The translations under genes were made by a program, and so were the position numbers. This document shows positions 20,398 through 31,161 of a stretch of DNA of 64,000 bases, one piece after another. The stretch spans positions 2,285 through 66,284 of the forward strand of contig QCUF01000002.1 in assembly GCA_003210825.1 (NCBI GenBank), in the 5' to 3' direction. Each line of letters opens with the position of its first letter. Position 1 is the first letter of the stretch. Source of the stretch: Prochlorococcus sp. AG-676-P15-1 (GTDB lineage Bacteria > Cyanobacteriota > Cyanobacteriia > PCC-6307 > Cyanobiaceae). The notes under the pieces are model-generated. The model made no database searches. It had not been told where the DNA came from and saw nothing but the letters and a program-made list of their open reading frames with translations.

Positions 20398-20572
20398 TAT
20401 ATTAATTGGATTTTGTTTGACTCTGTTAATAGATCCAATTACTATAAATTATTTTACTTTGTACTATGTTTTTTAATTTAATTGATTAAAAGTATTAAAT
20501 AAGTATTTGTATACTTCTTGAAAAAATATTATCTTTAATCTATTGATTAATTAATTTATTAATTTATTTATT

Positions 20573-21682
20573 ATGAGTCAGATATTGTTAATTGGTTCTT
20601 GTGAACCATTTAGTGGTAAATCAGCATTAGTACTGGGAATATCAAAAAAACTCTTAGAACATGGAAAAAAAATACGTATAGGGAAACCATTGGCAACTTG
20701 TATTGAACTTACCAATCTCCCTTCAATGAGTTACGAAGGGCTAATAGATGATGATGTGAAATTTATTGGTTCTACATTAGGTATCGCTGAAGAAAACTTA
20801 ATTCCTTCAGTAGGATTGTTAGATAATATATCTGCTGAGAAAAGGATTGCTAATAAAGACTTAAATCCAGGTAAAGGGTTTGAGCAAATCGAGGCATTAA
20901 TTGATGACGATTTTGATGGGTTAAATATTCTTGAAGCTGCAGGCAGTCTTAATGAAGGAATGATTTATGGTTTGAGTCTTCCCCAACTCGCAAAAAATTT
21001 AAACGCAAAAGTCCTTATTGTTAATTTATGGGAGGATAGTAAAAGTGTAGATGCTTTACTTGACGCGAAAAAACAATTAGGAGATCATTTTGCGGGAGCC
21101 GTATTGAATGCTGTTGTTCCTGAGCAAGTTGAAAAAATAAAAAATAAAATAATACCCTCTCTCAATGAGATGAATATAAAAGTATTTGGGGTAATGCCTA
21201 AATCCCCATTACTCAGGAGTGTCACTGTTGGGGAACTTGTAAGAAGGTTAGATGCTCAAGTGATTTGTTGTCCTGAAAAAGAACAATTACTTGTTGAAAC
21301 ATTAAGTATTGGTGCTATGGGAGTCAATTCTGCAATGGAATTTTTTAGAAGAAGGAGAAATATGGCTGTCGTAACAGGAGCAGAAAGAACTGATATTCAA
21401 CTTGCAGCTTTAGAAGCTTCTACCCAATGTTTAATTCTTACAGGTTTAGGTGAACCTCTTTTACAACTGATCCATAGAGCAGAAGAGTTAGAAGTTCCAA
21501 TTTTAAAAGTAGACTTAGACACTCTGGCTTCAGTAGAAATTATTGAACAAGCTTTTGGTCATGTCAGGATACATGAATCAATAAAGGCATCATATGCTGT
21601 TCAATTAGTTAAAGAGCATGTAAATCTAAAAAATATTCTTGAAAATATAGATTTTCCCTGCAATTTTTCAGATAAATGCTAA
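20573..21682 (+). CDS. Phosphotransacetylase N-terminal-like protein (BioD/AAA-like plus DRTGG domains)
   Basis: P-loop-like FSGKS, GKPLA, IGAM, VTGAERTDIQLAALE, LILTG; no C-terminal PTA catalytic domain. Confidence 0.82.
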   Translation: MSQILLIGSCEPFSGKSALVLGISKKLLEHGKKIRIGKPLATCIELTNLPSMSYEGLIDDDVKFIGSTLGIAEENLIPSVGLLDNISAEKRIANKDLNPGKGFEQIEALIDDDFDGLNILEAAGSLNEGMIYGLSLPQLAKNLNAKVLIVNLWEDSKSVDALLDAKKQLGDHFAGAVLNAVVPEQVEKIKNKIIPSLNEMNIKVFGVMPKSPLLRSVTVGELVRRLDAQVICCPEKEQLLVETLSIGAMGVNSAMEFFRRRRNMAVVTGAERTDIQLAALEASTQCLILTGLGEPLLQLIHRAEELEVPILKVDLDTLASVEIIEQAFGHVRIHESIKASYAVQLVKEHVNLKNILENIDFPCNFSDKC

Positions 21683-21707
21683 TTTCAAATGTAGTAACCG
21701 TTTTATT

Positions 21708-22220
21708 TTGAGTCGTTCTTTAGATCTACCCTCAACTGAAGGTGTTGATACCTTAGCTCAGGAACTTGCAAAACTTCAGGATAATGGGAAAAGAAGAATT
21801 GCTTTTTTAGGTAGCAGACATGTACCTGTAGTTGACATTCACCTAATCGAACTAATCGCAAGATCATTAGCTGAAGAAGGTCATTCTATTCTAACTTCAG
21901 GATCTCAGGGAGTTAATGCCGCAGTCATAAGAGCTGTTTTAGATACTAATCCCTCTTTGCTGACTGTTCTTTTGCCGCAAAGTTTAGATAAGCAATTACC
22001 TGAAATTAAAAACCAATTAGAGAGCGTTATGCATTTGGTTGAGAAAAGCGAGAATGATGAGTTACCTTTGCCTATGGCAAGTAGCCTTTGCAATCAAGAA
22101 ATTATTAATAGATGTGATCAATTAATTTGTTTCGCTTTTCACGATAGTGAAACTTTATTAAATAGTTGCCGATGTGCTGAAGAAATGGGTAAGGTAGTTA
22201 GTTTGTTATTTTTTGATTAA
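21708..22220 (+). CDS. DprA/Smf (SLOG-fold)-like protein
   Basis: IAFLGSRH, LTSGSQGVN..VIRAVL, CNQEIINRCDQLI; TTG start. Confidence 0.75.
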   Translation: MSRSLDLPSTEGVDTLAQELAKLQDNGKRRIAFLGSRHVPVVDIHLIELIARSLAEEGHSILTSGSQGVNAAVIRAVLDTNPSLLTVLLPQSLDKQLPEIKNQLESVMHLVEKSENDELPLPMASSLCNQEIINRCDQLICFAFHDSETLLNSCRCAEEMGKVVSLLFFD

Positions 22221-22288
22221 ATTAACGCTCTTTATTATTTTTTAAAGTTTTATTAGGGTAATAATTAAATTAATTTAAAATAAAAATA

Positions 22289-22786
22289 ATGGCAGAAAAT
22301 TTTTCATTTGATATAGTTTCTGATTTCGATAGACAAGAATTAGTAAATGCTTTAGATCAAGTTAAAAGAGAGATTTCTCAAAGATATGATCTTAAAGGGA
22401 CTGAAACATCTGTGGACTTGGAAAAAGAACATATTTTTATAATTACAAACAGTGAATTAACGCTAAATTCTGTGATCGACATTATCAGACAAAAGGCAGT
22501 TAAAAGAAAACTCTCTCTAAAAATCTTTGATTACGATGATATTGAAGCTGTGAGCGGAAATAAAGTAAAGCAAACCATTACTTTAAAGAAAGGACTTAAT
22601 CAGGAAATTGCAAAAAAGATCAGTAAAAGTATTAGAGATGAAATTAAAAAGATTAATGTAAGCATTAATGGAGAAACATTAAGAGTAATGAGCAAAAGCA
22701 AGAATGATCTTCAATTGGCAATTAAGTTACTTGAAAATTTGGAGGAGACATATCAAATTCCTCTGCAAGCTAATAATTATCGATAA
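22289..22786 (+). CDS. yajQ: YajQ family nucleotide/c-di-GMP-binding protein
   Basis: SFDIVS, ELVNALDQ, RYDLKG, LRV..KSKNDLQ, LQANNYR. Confidence 0.93.
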   Translation: MAENFSFDIVSDFDRQELVNALDQVKREISQRYDLKGTETSVDLEKEHIFIITNSELTLNSVIDIIRQKAVKRKLSLKIFDYDDIEAVSGNKVKQTITLKKGLNQEIAKKISKSIRDEIKKINVSINGETLRVMSKSKNDLQLAIKLLENLEETYQIPLQANNYR

Positions 22787-22810
22787 GATATTAATAATTA
22801 AGGCCTTATA

Positions 22811-23014
22811 ATGACTGGTTATTCAAAATCTCTTCTGGATTCATTGTACTTAAAAATAAAAGATTATCCACGTTTTTCATTAACAGAAATTGAGAAATTT
22901 TGTTGGATGGCTGCCCATGAGCATAAGCATGGAGTCTTACCTTCTGAATACGATATAAAAGAAATAGATGAGGATCTTTATTTACAATTATTGCAGAAAT
23001 TTAAAGCAAAGTAA
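22811..23014 (+). CDS. Small hypothetical protein
   Basis: 67-aa ATG ORF co-oriented between yajQ and the band-7 gene; non-random composition (FCWMAAHEHKHGVLPSEYDI). Confidence 0.65.
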   Translation: MTGYSKSLLDSLYLKIKDYPRFSLTEIEKFCWMAAHEHKHGVLPSEYDIKEIDEDLYLQLLQKFKAK

Positions 23015-23131
23015 TTTATAAAATTCATTTGTTAATTACGTAAACTAATTATTAAAAAAATATTTTAATTAAATACTTAATCAATGCATTAATTAATTTC
23101 TTTAAATATGATTATTAAAAAGGATATTTAA

Positions 23132-23938
23132 ATGTCAACATCTTTCAAAAATGTCACCCCAACTGGTCCAGGAGGAACAGCTACGCTATTAATTGTTTTA
23201 TCTTTTACCGGATTTCTTTTGCTTACACAATCATTATTCGTAGTACCCTCTGGACAAGTAGCTGTGGTAACTACTCTGGGTAAGGTAAGTGGGGGTTCAA
23301 GAAGACCAGGATTAAATTTTAAAATCCCATTTGTTCAGTCAGTATTCCCTTTTGATGTGAAAACTCAAGTTCAACCTGAAAAATTTGAAACTTTAACAAA
23401 AGATCTTCAAGTTATTAGAGCTACAGCTACAGTTAAATACTCTGTTAAACCAGGAGAAGCAGGAAGGATTTTTGCAACAATTGCGAGTAGAAACAGTGAT
23501 GTTTACCAAAAAATTGTTCAGCCTTCTTTGCTTAAAGCTCTTAAATCTGTATTCTCTCAATATGAATTAGAAACAATAGCAACGGAATTCAACGTTATTT
23601 CTGAAAAAGTCGCTAGTACCGTAGCGGAGGAATTGAATTCTTTTGATTACGTAGATGTTAAAAGCTTAGATCTTACTGGATTAGAAATTGCTGAGGAATA
23701 TAGAGCAGCAATTGAACAGAAACAAATTGCAGGACAGCTACTTTTAAGAGCTAAAACAGAAGTTGAAATTGCGGGACAAGAAGCTTTAAGATACGAAACT
23801 CTGAATAAAGGTTTAAATGATCAAGTCCTCTTTAAACTATTTTTAGATAAATGGGATGGAAGTACTCAAGTAGTTCCTGGCCTGCCTGGCACTAGTGGAT
23901 CAATGCCTCCAGTTATCGTAGGCGGACAAAACAGATAA
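23132..23938 (+). CDS. SPFH/Band 7/prohibitin family protein
   Basis: N-terminal TM, PGLNFKIPFVQ, TKDLQ, YRAAIEQKQIA, KWDG. Confidence 0.92.
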   Translation: MSTSFKNVTPTGPGGTATLLIVLSFTGFLLLTQSLFVVPSGQVAVVTTLGKVSGGSRRPGLNFKIPFVQSVFPFDVKTQVQPEKFETLTKDLQVIRATATVKYSVKPGEAGRIFATIASRNSDVYQKIVQPSLLKALKSVFSQYELETIATEFNVISEKVASTVAEELNSFDYVDVKSLDLTGLEIAEEYRAAIEQKQIAGQLLLRAKTEVEIAGQEALRYETLNKGLNDQVLFKLFLDKWDGSTQVVPGLPGTSGSMPPVIVGGQNR

Positions 23939-23942
23939 TATA

Positions 23943-25244
23943 CTAATTTTTTAGAATACTAAAAGATTGATCGAATGCTTCTAGCGTTCTATCAATTTCT
24001 TCTTCACTATGTGCTAATGAAGTAAATCCAGCTTCAAATGGACTTGGAGCTAAGTATATACCTCGTTTGAGCATCTCCCTATGAAGTTTGCCAAAGAGTT
24101 CTGAATTATTTGTTTTTGCTTCTTCGAAATTTCTTACTGGTCCTTCACATAAAAAGAATCCAAACATAGCACTAACGCTCCCACCATTTATTGCAATACC
24201 ATTGTTTTCAGCAGATTGAATAATACCTTCAATCAACCTAGAAGTTGTTGATTCAAGCTTTTCGTATGTACCTTCTTGTTTAAGTAATTCAAGAGTTTTA
24301 ATACCTGCTGTCATTGCTAGTGGATTTCCACTTAAAGTCCCGGCTTGATATACAGGCCCAGATGGTGCAACCATTGACATTATTTCCTTTCTTCCTCCAT
24401 ATGCTCCTACAGGTAAGCCCCCTCCAATTACTTTGCCGAGAGTTGTCAAATCAGGAGTAACTCCGAATTTTTCTTGAACTCCTCCGTAGCTAATTCTGAA
24501 ACCAGTCATCACTTCATCAAAAACTAGTAAAGATCCATTTTCAGTTGTGAGTTCTCTTAATCCTTCAAGGAATCCAGGTTCAGGAGTAATAAATCCTGCA
24601 TTACCAACTATAGGCTCAAGAATCACTCCTGATATTGCATCAGGATTCTCAGAAAATAATTTTTTTACAGCTTCAAGATCGTTGTAAGGCGCAGTTAGAG
24701 TATTTGCTGTTGTAGTTCTTGGAACCCCTGGGGAATCTGGTAAGCCTAAGGTAGCTACCCCAGATCCAGCTTTTACCAAAAACATATCAGCATGACCGTG
24801 ATAGCACCCATCAAATTTTATTACTTTATCTCTTCCGGTAAATGCTCTCATTAGCCTTAAAACTGCCATGCAGGCCTCAGTCCCACTGTTTACAAATCTA
24901 ACCATCTCTACCGATGGAACAGCATCTATTACCATTTCGGCAAGTTTATTCTCTAACGCACAAGGTGCTCCAAAACTAGTTCCTTTTTCAATTGCTTCTT
25001 GCAATGCTGTAATAACTTCAGGATGAGCGTGTCCACAAATGGCAGGTCCCCAACTTCCTATGTAATCAATATACCTATTCCCATCAACGTCCCAGGCATA
25101 GGGACCTTTTACTCTATCAAAAACAATTGGCTGACCACCAACAGACTTAAATGCTCTCACTGGGGAACTAACCCCTCCAGGCATCAATTCTAAAGCTGAA
25201 GAGAAAATTTCTTCAGAATGAGTAGTATTTAATATGTCAGTCAA
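23943..25244 (-). CDS. hemL: Glutamate-1-semialdehyde 2,1-aminomutase
   Basis: [52 protein letters not shown]. Confidence 0.98.
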   Translation of the reverse strand: MTDILNTTHSEEIFSSALELMPGGVSSPVRAFKSVGGQPIVFDRVKGPYAWDVDGNRYIDYIGSWGPAICGHAHPEVITALQEAIEKGTSFGAPCALENKLAEMVIDAVPSVEMVRFVNSGTEACMAVLRLMRAFTGRDKVIKFDGCYHGHADMFLVKAGSGVATLGLPDSPGVPRTTTANTLTAPYNDLEAVKKLFSENPDAISGVILEPIVGNAGFITPEPGFLEGLRELTTENGSLLVFDEVMTGFRISYGGVQEKFGVTPDLTTLGKVIGGGLPVGAYGGRKEIMSMVAPSGPVYQAGTLSGNPLAMTAGIKTLELLKQEGTYEKLESTTSRLIEGIIQSAENNGIAINGGSVSAMFGFFLCEGPVRNFEEAKTNNSELFGKLHREMLKRGIYLAPSPFEAGFTSLAHSEEEIDRTLEAFDQSFSILKN

Positions 25245-25471
25245 AATTTAAATGAATGTAGTTTTGAGAAAATTTCATCATGTCCTAACTTAGAAATAAG
25301 TAAAAATTTTGTCAATCAGATTGAAATTCTACATTATGATATTTTTATTGCGATACTTATAAATGTAAATAATTAATTCTGAAGAAAATTATAAAAGAAG
25401 TTAGTTTATTTCTAAATTATTCTTTACTATAAAGCGTTTTGAGGTTCATAAAAATTAAAGAACTTTTTGAA

Positions 25472-26317
25472 TTATATTTCGAAAAGATCATCATCTTCAT
25501 CAAAGTAATCTTCATTTTGATTCTCAATCTCTAAATTAATTAATACTGGAGCATGATCACTTGGTTGTAGATTTTCTCTTTGATTCCGCTCTATTACACA
25601 GCTTTTGAGTTTTGATGAAAGGTTTTTACTGATATAAATATGATCAATTCTCCAACCCTTATTTAGTTCATATGCATTATTACGGTAATCCCACCAACTC
25701 CAATGCCCAGAATTCTTCTCGAAAATCCGAAAAGAATCAATAAATCTTCCTTTAAGAACATTATTAAGTGCTTCTCTCTCCATCTTTGAAGCCATTATTC
25801 CCCCTTCGTATTTTTGAGGAGAATGTATATCTATTTCGCTTGGAGCTATATTAAAATCACCCATGAAACAGACTAAATCATCATCTTTCACTTGCTCCTC
25901 TAAGAATGTTGATAAATGATTTAACCATTTGATCTTATAATCAAATTTGTCAGAATCTATTGCAGAACCATTTGGCACGTAAACATTTATTATTTTTAAC
26001 CCATTGATATCTGCAGAAATTAACCTTTTTTGCTCATTAAATTCTATAGAAATGTCCCCCCCTTTATTATCGTTATTAAATCCTTTATTTACATTCTCAA
26101 TCTTAAATTTACTTATTATTGCAACACCATTGTAAGATTTTTGCCCATGGATAATAACTTCGTAACCTAATTCTTCAAAATGCGATAAAGGAAAAGCCTC
26201 ATCTATTACTTTAGTTTCTTGTAGACAAAGGATATCTGGATTTACCTCATTAATCCAATTAGTAATTTGAGTAAGCCTCGTTCTTACAGAGTTTACATTC
26301 CAAGTTGCTATTAACAA
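25472..26317 (-). CDS. xthA: Exodeoxyribonuclease III
   Basis: ATWNVNS, LCLQETK, YNGVA, YVPNG, GDFNIA, WWDYR, GWRIDH, SDHAPV. Confidence 0.96.
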   Translation of the reverse strand: MLIATWNVNSVRTRLTQITNWINEVNPDILCLQETKVIDEAFPLSHFEELGYEVIIHGQKSYNGVAIISKFKIENVNKGFNNDNKGGDISIEFNEQKRLISADINGLKIINVYVPNGSAIDSDKFDYKIKWLNHLSTFLEEQVKDDDLVCFMGDFNIAPSEIDIHSPQKYEGGIMASKMEREALNNVLKGRFIDSFRIFEKNSGHWSWWDYRNNAYELNKGWRIDHIYISKNLSSKLKSCVIERNQRENLQPSDHAPVLINLEIENQNEDYFDEDDDLFEI

Positions 26318-26374
26318 TTTATTCCCAATTTATGTAAAATTAAAATAGCAAATATTTTTAAATCTTAATTTATT

Positions 26375-26686
26375 TTGAAATTAAACAAAATGAAATTTAA
26401 TTTAAATAAAAAGATATCAAGATTAGGGAAACTTTTCATTTTATTTATTTCATTCATCAATATTAAATCAACTATATTAGGTGCAGAAGAGTCATACCTT
26501 AATGAAGTTGAAATTGATAGTTCTACAAAATTAGAAACAAATAGCTCAGATTTACCTACTAACCCTTTTGAAATAGTTGAGATGCTTAGAAGAGCTAATA
26601 GTATGAATGATGCGACTAAGCCATCTGATGCTATAGATGATGCCTTAAAATTATTTAATAAGATTGAAGAAAAAGAAAGTCTTTAA
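26375..26686 (+). CDS. Hypothetical secreted/membrane protein
   Basis: N-terminal hydrophobic stretch; C-terminal LPTNPFEIVEMLRRANSMNDAT.PSDAIDDAL; start uncertain. Confidence 0.65.
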   Translation: MKLNKMKFNLNKKISRLGKLFILFISFINIKSTILGAEESYLNEVEIDSSTKLETNSSDLPTNPFEIVEMLRRANSMNDATKPSDAIDDALKLFNKIEEKESL

Positions 26687-26731
26687 TTCAATAAATATCT
26701 TATTAAAAACATCTCTTAAACATAACTAAAT

Positions 26732-27328
26732 ATGATTAAAAATCCTATCCAAGAAGTTACTAATAAATTACAATACAGAGCTATAGGTATCGTTAAAGGT
26801 ATTTATAAGCCAAATAATATTGATCAATTAAATCGAGGAACATTAACAGATAAGGAAGGTAAAATACTTGAAACAGTTATCCTTGGCAAAGCAATACCTC
26901 TAATAAAAAAATATATTGATTTAGATAAAGATTATTTTTGGATTGTTTATCCAAGAAATAAAAACATTAACCATCTACATTTACAGGTTGCTGGTATATG
27001 GGACCCTTATCAGTTAAATCAAGTTGAGAATAATTCTGAAAAGGATCCTCATGAATTACTAAAAGAATTAAATTTAAACAATAATTATTTTTCTATAAGA
27101 GGAGAATTGGTTTATGTAAATAAACAAAAGAAAGAGATTGTTATAAAAATTTGTTCTTCTCCACCTTCAAAGAGATCAAAATATTCAACTTTTAAAATTA
27201 TTATTGAAGGAGAGATCTCTCTTCAATTTCTGAATAATTTTGTAAATCTCGATGTAATTAGGGATGGCAGTATACTTCGAATGGTTAAGTACGAAATTAT
27301 TGAGAAAATAAAATCTGAAAAAGTATAA
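26732..27328 (+). CDS. Conserved hypothetical protein
   Basis: 198-aa ORF; LQYRAIGIV.G.Y, WIVYPR, HLQVAGIW, FSIRGEL patterns of a cyanobacterial family. Confidence 0.75.
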   Translation: MIKNPIQEVTNKLQYRAIGIVKGIYKPNNIDQLNRGTLTDKEGKILETVILGKAIPLIKKYIDLDKDYFWIVYPRNKNINHLHLQVAGIWDPYQLNQVENNSEKDPHELLKELNLNNNYFSIRGELVYVNKQKKEIVIKICSSPPSKRSKYSTFKIIIEGEISLQFLNNFVNLDVIRDGSILRMVKYEIIEKIKSEKV

Positions 27329-27392
27329 TACAGGTTATTACTGCCAAGTTTTTATCTCTTGGATTCATATTATTCAAAATCTATAAAGGGTT

Positions 27393-28616
27393 ATGGAAGA
27401 AATTTTAATTGAGTGTTCACCTGGGGTGTCTGGGGATATGTTATTGGGCGCTTTTTATGATTTGGGGGTACCAAAATATGAAATTGAAAAAACACTAGCA
27501 TGTTTTGGACTAGAAAATTTATATTGTTTAAACTTCAGAGAATCTCAAAATTGTTCAATTCGAGGAATAAAGGTTGATGTTGAGAAAGTTGATCAAAGTA
27601 CTAAAAGAGATTGGAAAAATATTAAAGATTTAATTCTGAAGGCTCAATTAGAAGAACAATTAAAAAAAAGAATTTATGAAGTTTTCGAGTCTTTAGCTAT
27701 AGCAGAAGGAATAGTTCATGGTATTAACCCAGAAGAAGTTCATTTTCATGAGATCGGTGCAATCGATTCCTTAGTAGATATTATTGGAGTCTGTACTTCA
27801 ATTGAATATTTAAAGCCAAAGAAGGTTTTTTGTAATGAACCTACTTTAGGGAGAGGTTTTATTCAGGCTGATCATGGCAAACTATCAATACCATCTCCTG
27901 CGGTAATAGAGTTATTAAGAAAAAAAAATATTAAGGTGATCTCAAGTATTGATTCTATAGAGGGCGAATTATCCACTCCAACGGGAATAGCTTTACTTTG
28001 TAATTTTGTTGAATCTTTCCAAATTCCTTATAAATATTCTATTGATTCCTATGGAGTAGGTCTTGGGAATTTAAATCTTCCATGCCCAAATTTGGTCAGG
28101 GTTTTAAAAATTAATTCTAGTGATGAGAATTTGATATATCAAAAAATTAGTCCAAGATACGAGGAGATTTGTGTTCAAGAAGCATGGATTGATGATCAAA
28201 CGCCTGAAGAACTAGCTAACTTAATTGAGCAATTTAGAAAAGAAGGAGCTTACGATGTTTCTTCTCAGACAATTAATATGAAAAAAAACCGAATAGGTTT
28301 CTCTATCCAAGTTATCTTACCTACTAAAAAGCAGGAGTATTTTAGGAAATTATGGTTTGAATTTTCTACTACTATAGGTTTGAGAGAAAGAAAACAAGCG
28401 AGGTGGGTTTTACTGAGAAGAAAGGGGAAGTGTCTAACAAGTTTTGGAAATATTAAATTTAAACAATCAATGAAACCTGACGGAACTATTTATATGAAAC
28501 CAGAGAATGATGAAATTTTAAGATTGCAAATTGAGAATAATAAAACAGCTGAAGAAGTAAGAAATATCATTAGAGAATCATGTAAGGAATTTAAAGCTTT
28601 TGAAGATTGGAAATAA
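27393..28616 (+). CDS. larC: LarC/DUF111 family (nickel-pincer cofactor Ni-insertase-like)
   Basis: GVSGDMLLGA, AEG.VHG...EEVHFHEIGAIDS.VDI.G, ELSTPTG, IDDQTPE, MKKNR.G, TTIGLR, KPE. Confidence 0.85.
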   Translation: MEEILIECSPGVSGDMLLGAFYDLGVPKYEIEKTLACFGLENLYCLNFRESQNCSIRGIKVDVEKVDQSTKRDWKNIKDLILKAQLEEQLKKRIYEVFESLAIAEGIVHGINPEEVHFHEIGAIDSLVDIIGVCTSIEYLKPKKVFCNEPTLGRGFIQADHGKLSIPSPAVIELLRKKNIKVISSIDSIEGELSTPTGIALLCNFVESFQIPYKYSIDSYGVGLGNLNLPCPNLVRVLKINSSDENLIYQKISPRYEEICVQEAWIDDQTPEELANLIEQFRKEGAYDVSSQTINMKKNRIGFSIQVILPTKKQEYFRKLWFEFSTTIGLRERKQARWVLLRRKGKCLTSFGNIKFKQSMKPDGTIYMKPENDEILRLQIENNKTAEEVRNIIRESCKEFKAFEDWK

Positions 28617-29569
28617 GATTTAATATGCAAAAAATTTATTTTATAAATCGTTTAAAGAATTTTAACTTTGTAATCCTGAAGAAAATTTTTTTTCTTTTGA
28701 GTATAACCTATTTCTCTTTTTATTTTTTTAAAAATTTTGATCAAATTTCATTAAATATTGATTTTGCTAGAAATGGAAAATATATATTTTTATCATTTTT
28801 ATTTTGTATATTTAGTATTTATTTTAATGCACTAGCTTGGAAAAATATAGTTGCTTGGTTTGGTAAAACAAAGATTAAAAAAAGTTTAATTTCCTTTTAT
28901 GTTATGACAAATATTCTTAAATATGTGCCAGGAGGTATCTGGCATTTCTTTGAAAGATATAACTTTCTAAAAGATATTAGTAATCCTCAATTAGCTTTTT
29001 ATTCGACACTAATTGAACCTTATTTTATGTTGTGTGCATCTTTTTTATTAGCTTCAGTTGGTATAATTTTTTCCCCATTTTATTTTTTGTTACTCATACC
29101 CTTGATATTTCTGAATAGAAAATTGATTTTCCATATTTTGGAAAGGTTAGAAACCTTAAAAGGTAAAACTATTAAATCTTTAAAAATTCACAATGAAAAG
29201 TATCGATTTGAGGAAAGAATAAAAATAATTTCTTTCTTCCCTGCGAGAGCTTTTTTCATTGAGATTCTTTTTGTGGTATCAAAATTTATTGGATTTATTA
29301 TTTGCTTTTATATAGTTAATTTTGACAATCAATATAGTATTTTTTATTTATTGGTAATTTTTTGTTTGTCCTGGGCTATTGGATTAATAGTACCTACAGC
29401 CCCAGGAGGGGTAGGGGTATTTGAGGCTTGTTTTCTCTTTTTTTGTGGAAAAAATATTCCACAAAATATAATTCTTCCAAGTTTAATTTATTTTAGATTG
29501 ATATCTACCTCGGCCGATTTATTTTTAGGTTTTCCATTCTTATTAAGAAAATTTCTAAAGAAAATTTAG
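28607..29569 (+). CDS. UPF0104/lysylphosphatidylglycerol synthase TM-like (putative flippase) membrane protein
   Basis: LKYVPGGIWH, PTAPGGVGVFE, YFRL; multi-TM; start probably the ATG of MQKI. Confidence 0.78.
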   Translation: MEIRFNMQKIYFINRLKNFNFVILKKIFFLLSITYFSFYFFKNFDQISLNIDFARNGKYIFLSFLFCIFSIYFNALAWKNIVAWFGKTKIKKSLISFYVMTNILKYVPGGIWHFFERYNFLKDISNPQLAFYSTLIEPYFMLCASFLLASVGIIFSPFYFLLLIPLIFLNRKLIFHILERLETLKGKTIKSLKIHNEKYRFEERIKIISFFPARAFFIEILFVVSKFIGFIICFYIVNFDNQYSIFYLLVIFCLSWAIGLIVPTAPGGVGVFEACFLFFCGKNIPQNIILPSLIYFRLISTSADLFLGFPFLLRKFLKKI

Positions 29570-31161
29570 TTCTTTTTTTCTAAGCTTGGAATTAATGTAC
29601 TTGATGCAATTAGCCCCAAGATTGTTATAAAGAATGCAGGTAATAAGGCTTCTGCCATTCGCTCATCTCCAGCATATTGGTATATCCTTACAGATAAGGT
29701 ATCAAAGTCGAAAGGTCTAAGAATAAATGTAATTGGTAATTCCTTAATGGTGTCTACAAATACTAAAAGTGATCCAACAAAGATTGGACCTTTTAATAGT
29801 GGAATATGTATCTTCTTGATAACACCAAGCCAATTAGAGCCTAGTCCCTTTGCAGCCTCATCAAGGGTCGGAGATATTCTTTCAAATCCAGAATCAAGAG
29901 AACCTTTTGAAATAGTTAAAAATCGAACTACGTAACCCCAGATAAGAAGGGATATGGCAATAAAATAGAACTTTGAATTGACTATAGTTATTAATGATAT
30001 AGCTAATACAGTTCCTGGGATTGCATATCCAATACCTGCCGGGAATGTTATTAATCTCATAAGTAAATTCTTATTCTGACGATTAGATAGCGTTAATATT
30101 AAAGAGAAAATTAATGCTACTAATGCAGTAATTATTCCAAGGCTAATAGTTCTAAAAGTAAGAGATATTAATTCTGTTGTGAATCCTTTTTTTAACTGAT
30201 CAGTATTTAATAGAAACCAAGAAAATGGAACCCCAATAGCAAATAATGGTGGTAATGAAGTAAATAAATATGCTAATTGAGACCTATTTCCTTTTAACTC
30301 AAATCCCATAGAACTCAATGAAGCAGGATTTTCACTCCAACGCTTTGTCTTTCTTCTTGAAAGTTTTTCAAACAGAATTAAAGTAAAAACTATTATTAAT
30401 GCAACTAATGATAATCCAATGGCGCTTTTAGGATTACCTTCAATGATCCAATTTTCAGTTATGCCTTTAGAAATACTTGGAATATTTAACAACTCAACTG
30501 TACCTAAATCATTCATAACTTCCATACAAATAAGGCTGATTCCAGTTATTAATGCTGGGAAAGCCATTGGAAGAGCAATTTTAAAAAAGCTGCCCCATGG
30601 CCCAACCCCTAATCCTCTACTGGCATTAATTTGATTAATTCCAAATTTATTAAAACTTTCATTAGCAAGTAAAAAAACATAAGGGTAAGTAGTAATTGAG
30701 AGTATAAGAACTCCCCACCATAAACCAGTTATTTGGTAACCTAAAATACTTCCTAAATCCTGTAATACTGCAGTTAACAAATAAGCTGGAGTTGCTAGTG
30801 GAATTAGTTGAAAAATACGAAGAGTTTTCCTTAATCTAAATTGGCAATTTGATAGTAACCAGCCATTTAAGGTCCCTAAACCACCTCCTAAAAAACTAGT
30901 AAGTGTTAAAAGTTTTAATGTACCAAATATTTCTTTTTTTCCAGAAATACCTAAAGAAAAATTTCCACCTAAAATAAAGTCTATTCCTTCAATTAAGAAA
31001 TTAAAAATCGGAATTATAAGTGCAAATGCAACTATTAAAGAAGCGATATTTAAAGGCTTTAAATCTGATAACAAATTCTTTGTTTGTTTAATAGAAATTT
31101 TTCTAAAAATAAATAGTACTTTATTATGCTTCTTATCTATAATTAAATCTACAACAAGCAA
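29566..31161 (-). CDS. futB: Fe3+ ABC transporter permease (FutB/IdiB-like)
   Basis: Two permease repeats with ASRGLG and DEAAKGLG EAA loops; PLATPAY, GYAIPGTV, KELP.T.ILRPFDFDTL; start uncertain (non-ATG). Confidence 0.88.
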   Translation of the reverse strand: MLVVDLIIDKKHNKVLFIFRKISIKQTKNLLSDLKPLNIASLIVAFALIIPIFNFLIEGIDFILGGNFSLGISGKKEIFGTLKLLTLTSFLGGGLGTLNGWLLSNCQFRLRKTLRIFQLIPLATPAYLLTAVLQDLGSILGYQITGLWWGVLILSITTYPYVFLLANESFNKFGINQINASRGLGVGPWGSFFKIALPMAFPALITGISLICMEVMNDLGTVELLNIPSISKGITENWIIEGNPKSAIGLSLVALIIVFTLILFEKLSRRKTKRWSENPASLSSMGFELKGNRSQLAYLFTSLPPLFAIGVPFSWFLLNTDQLKKGFTTELISLTFRTISLGIITALVALIFSLILTLSNRQNKNLLMRLITFPAGIGYAIPGTVLAISLITIVNSKFYFIAISLLIWGYVVRFLTISKGSLDSGFERISPTLDEAAKGLGSNWLGVIKKIHIPLLKGPIFVGSLLVFVDTIKELPITFILRPFDFDTLSVRIYQYAGDERMAEALLPAFFITILGLIASSTLIPSLEKKN

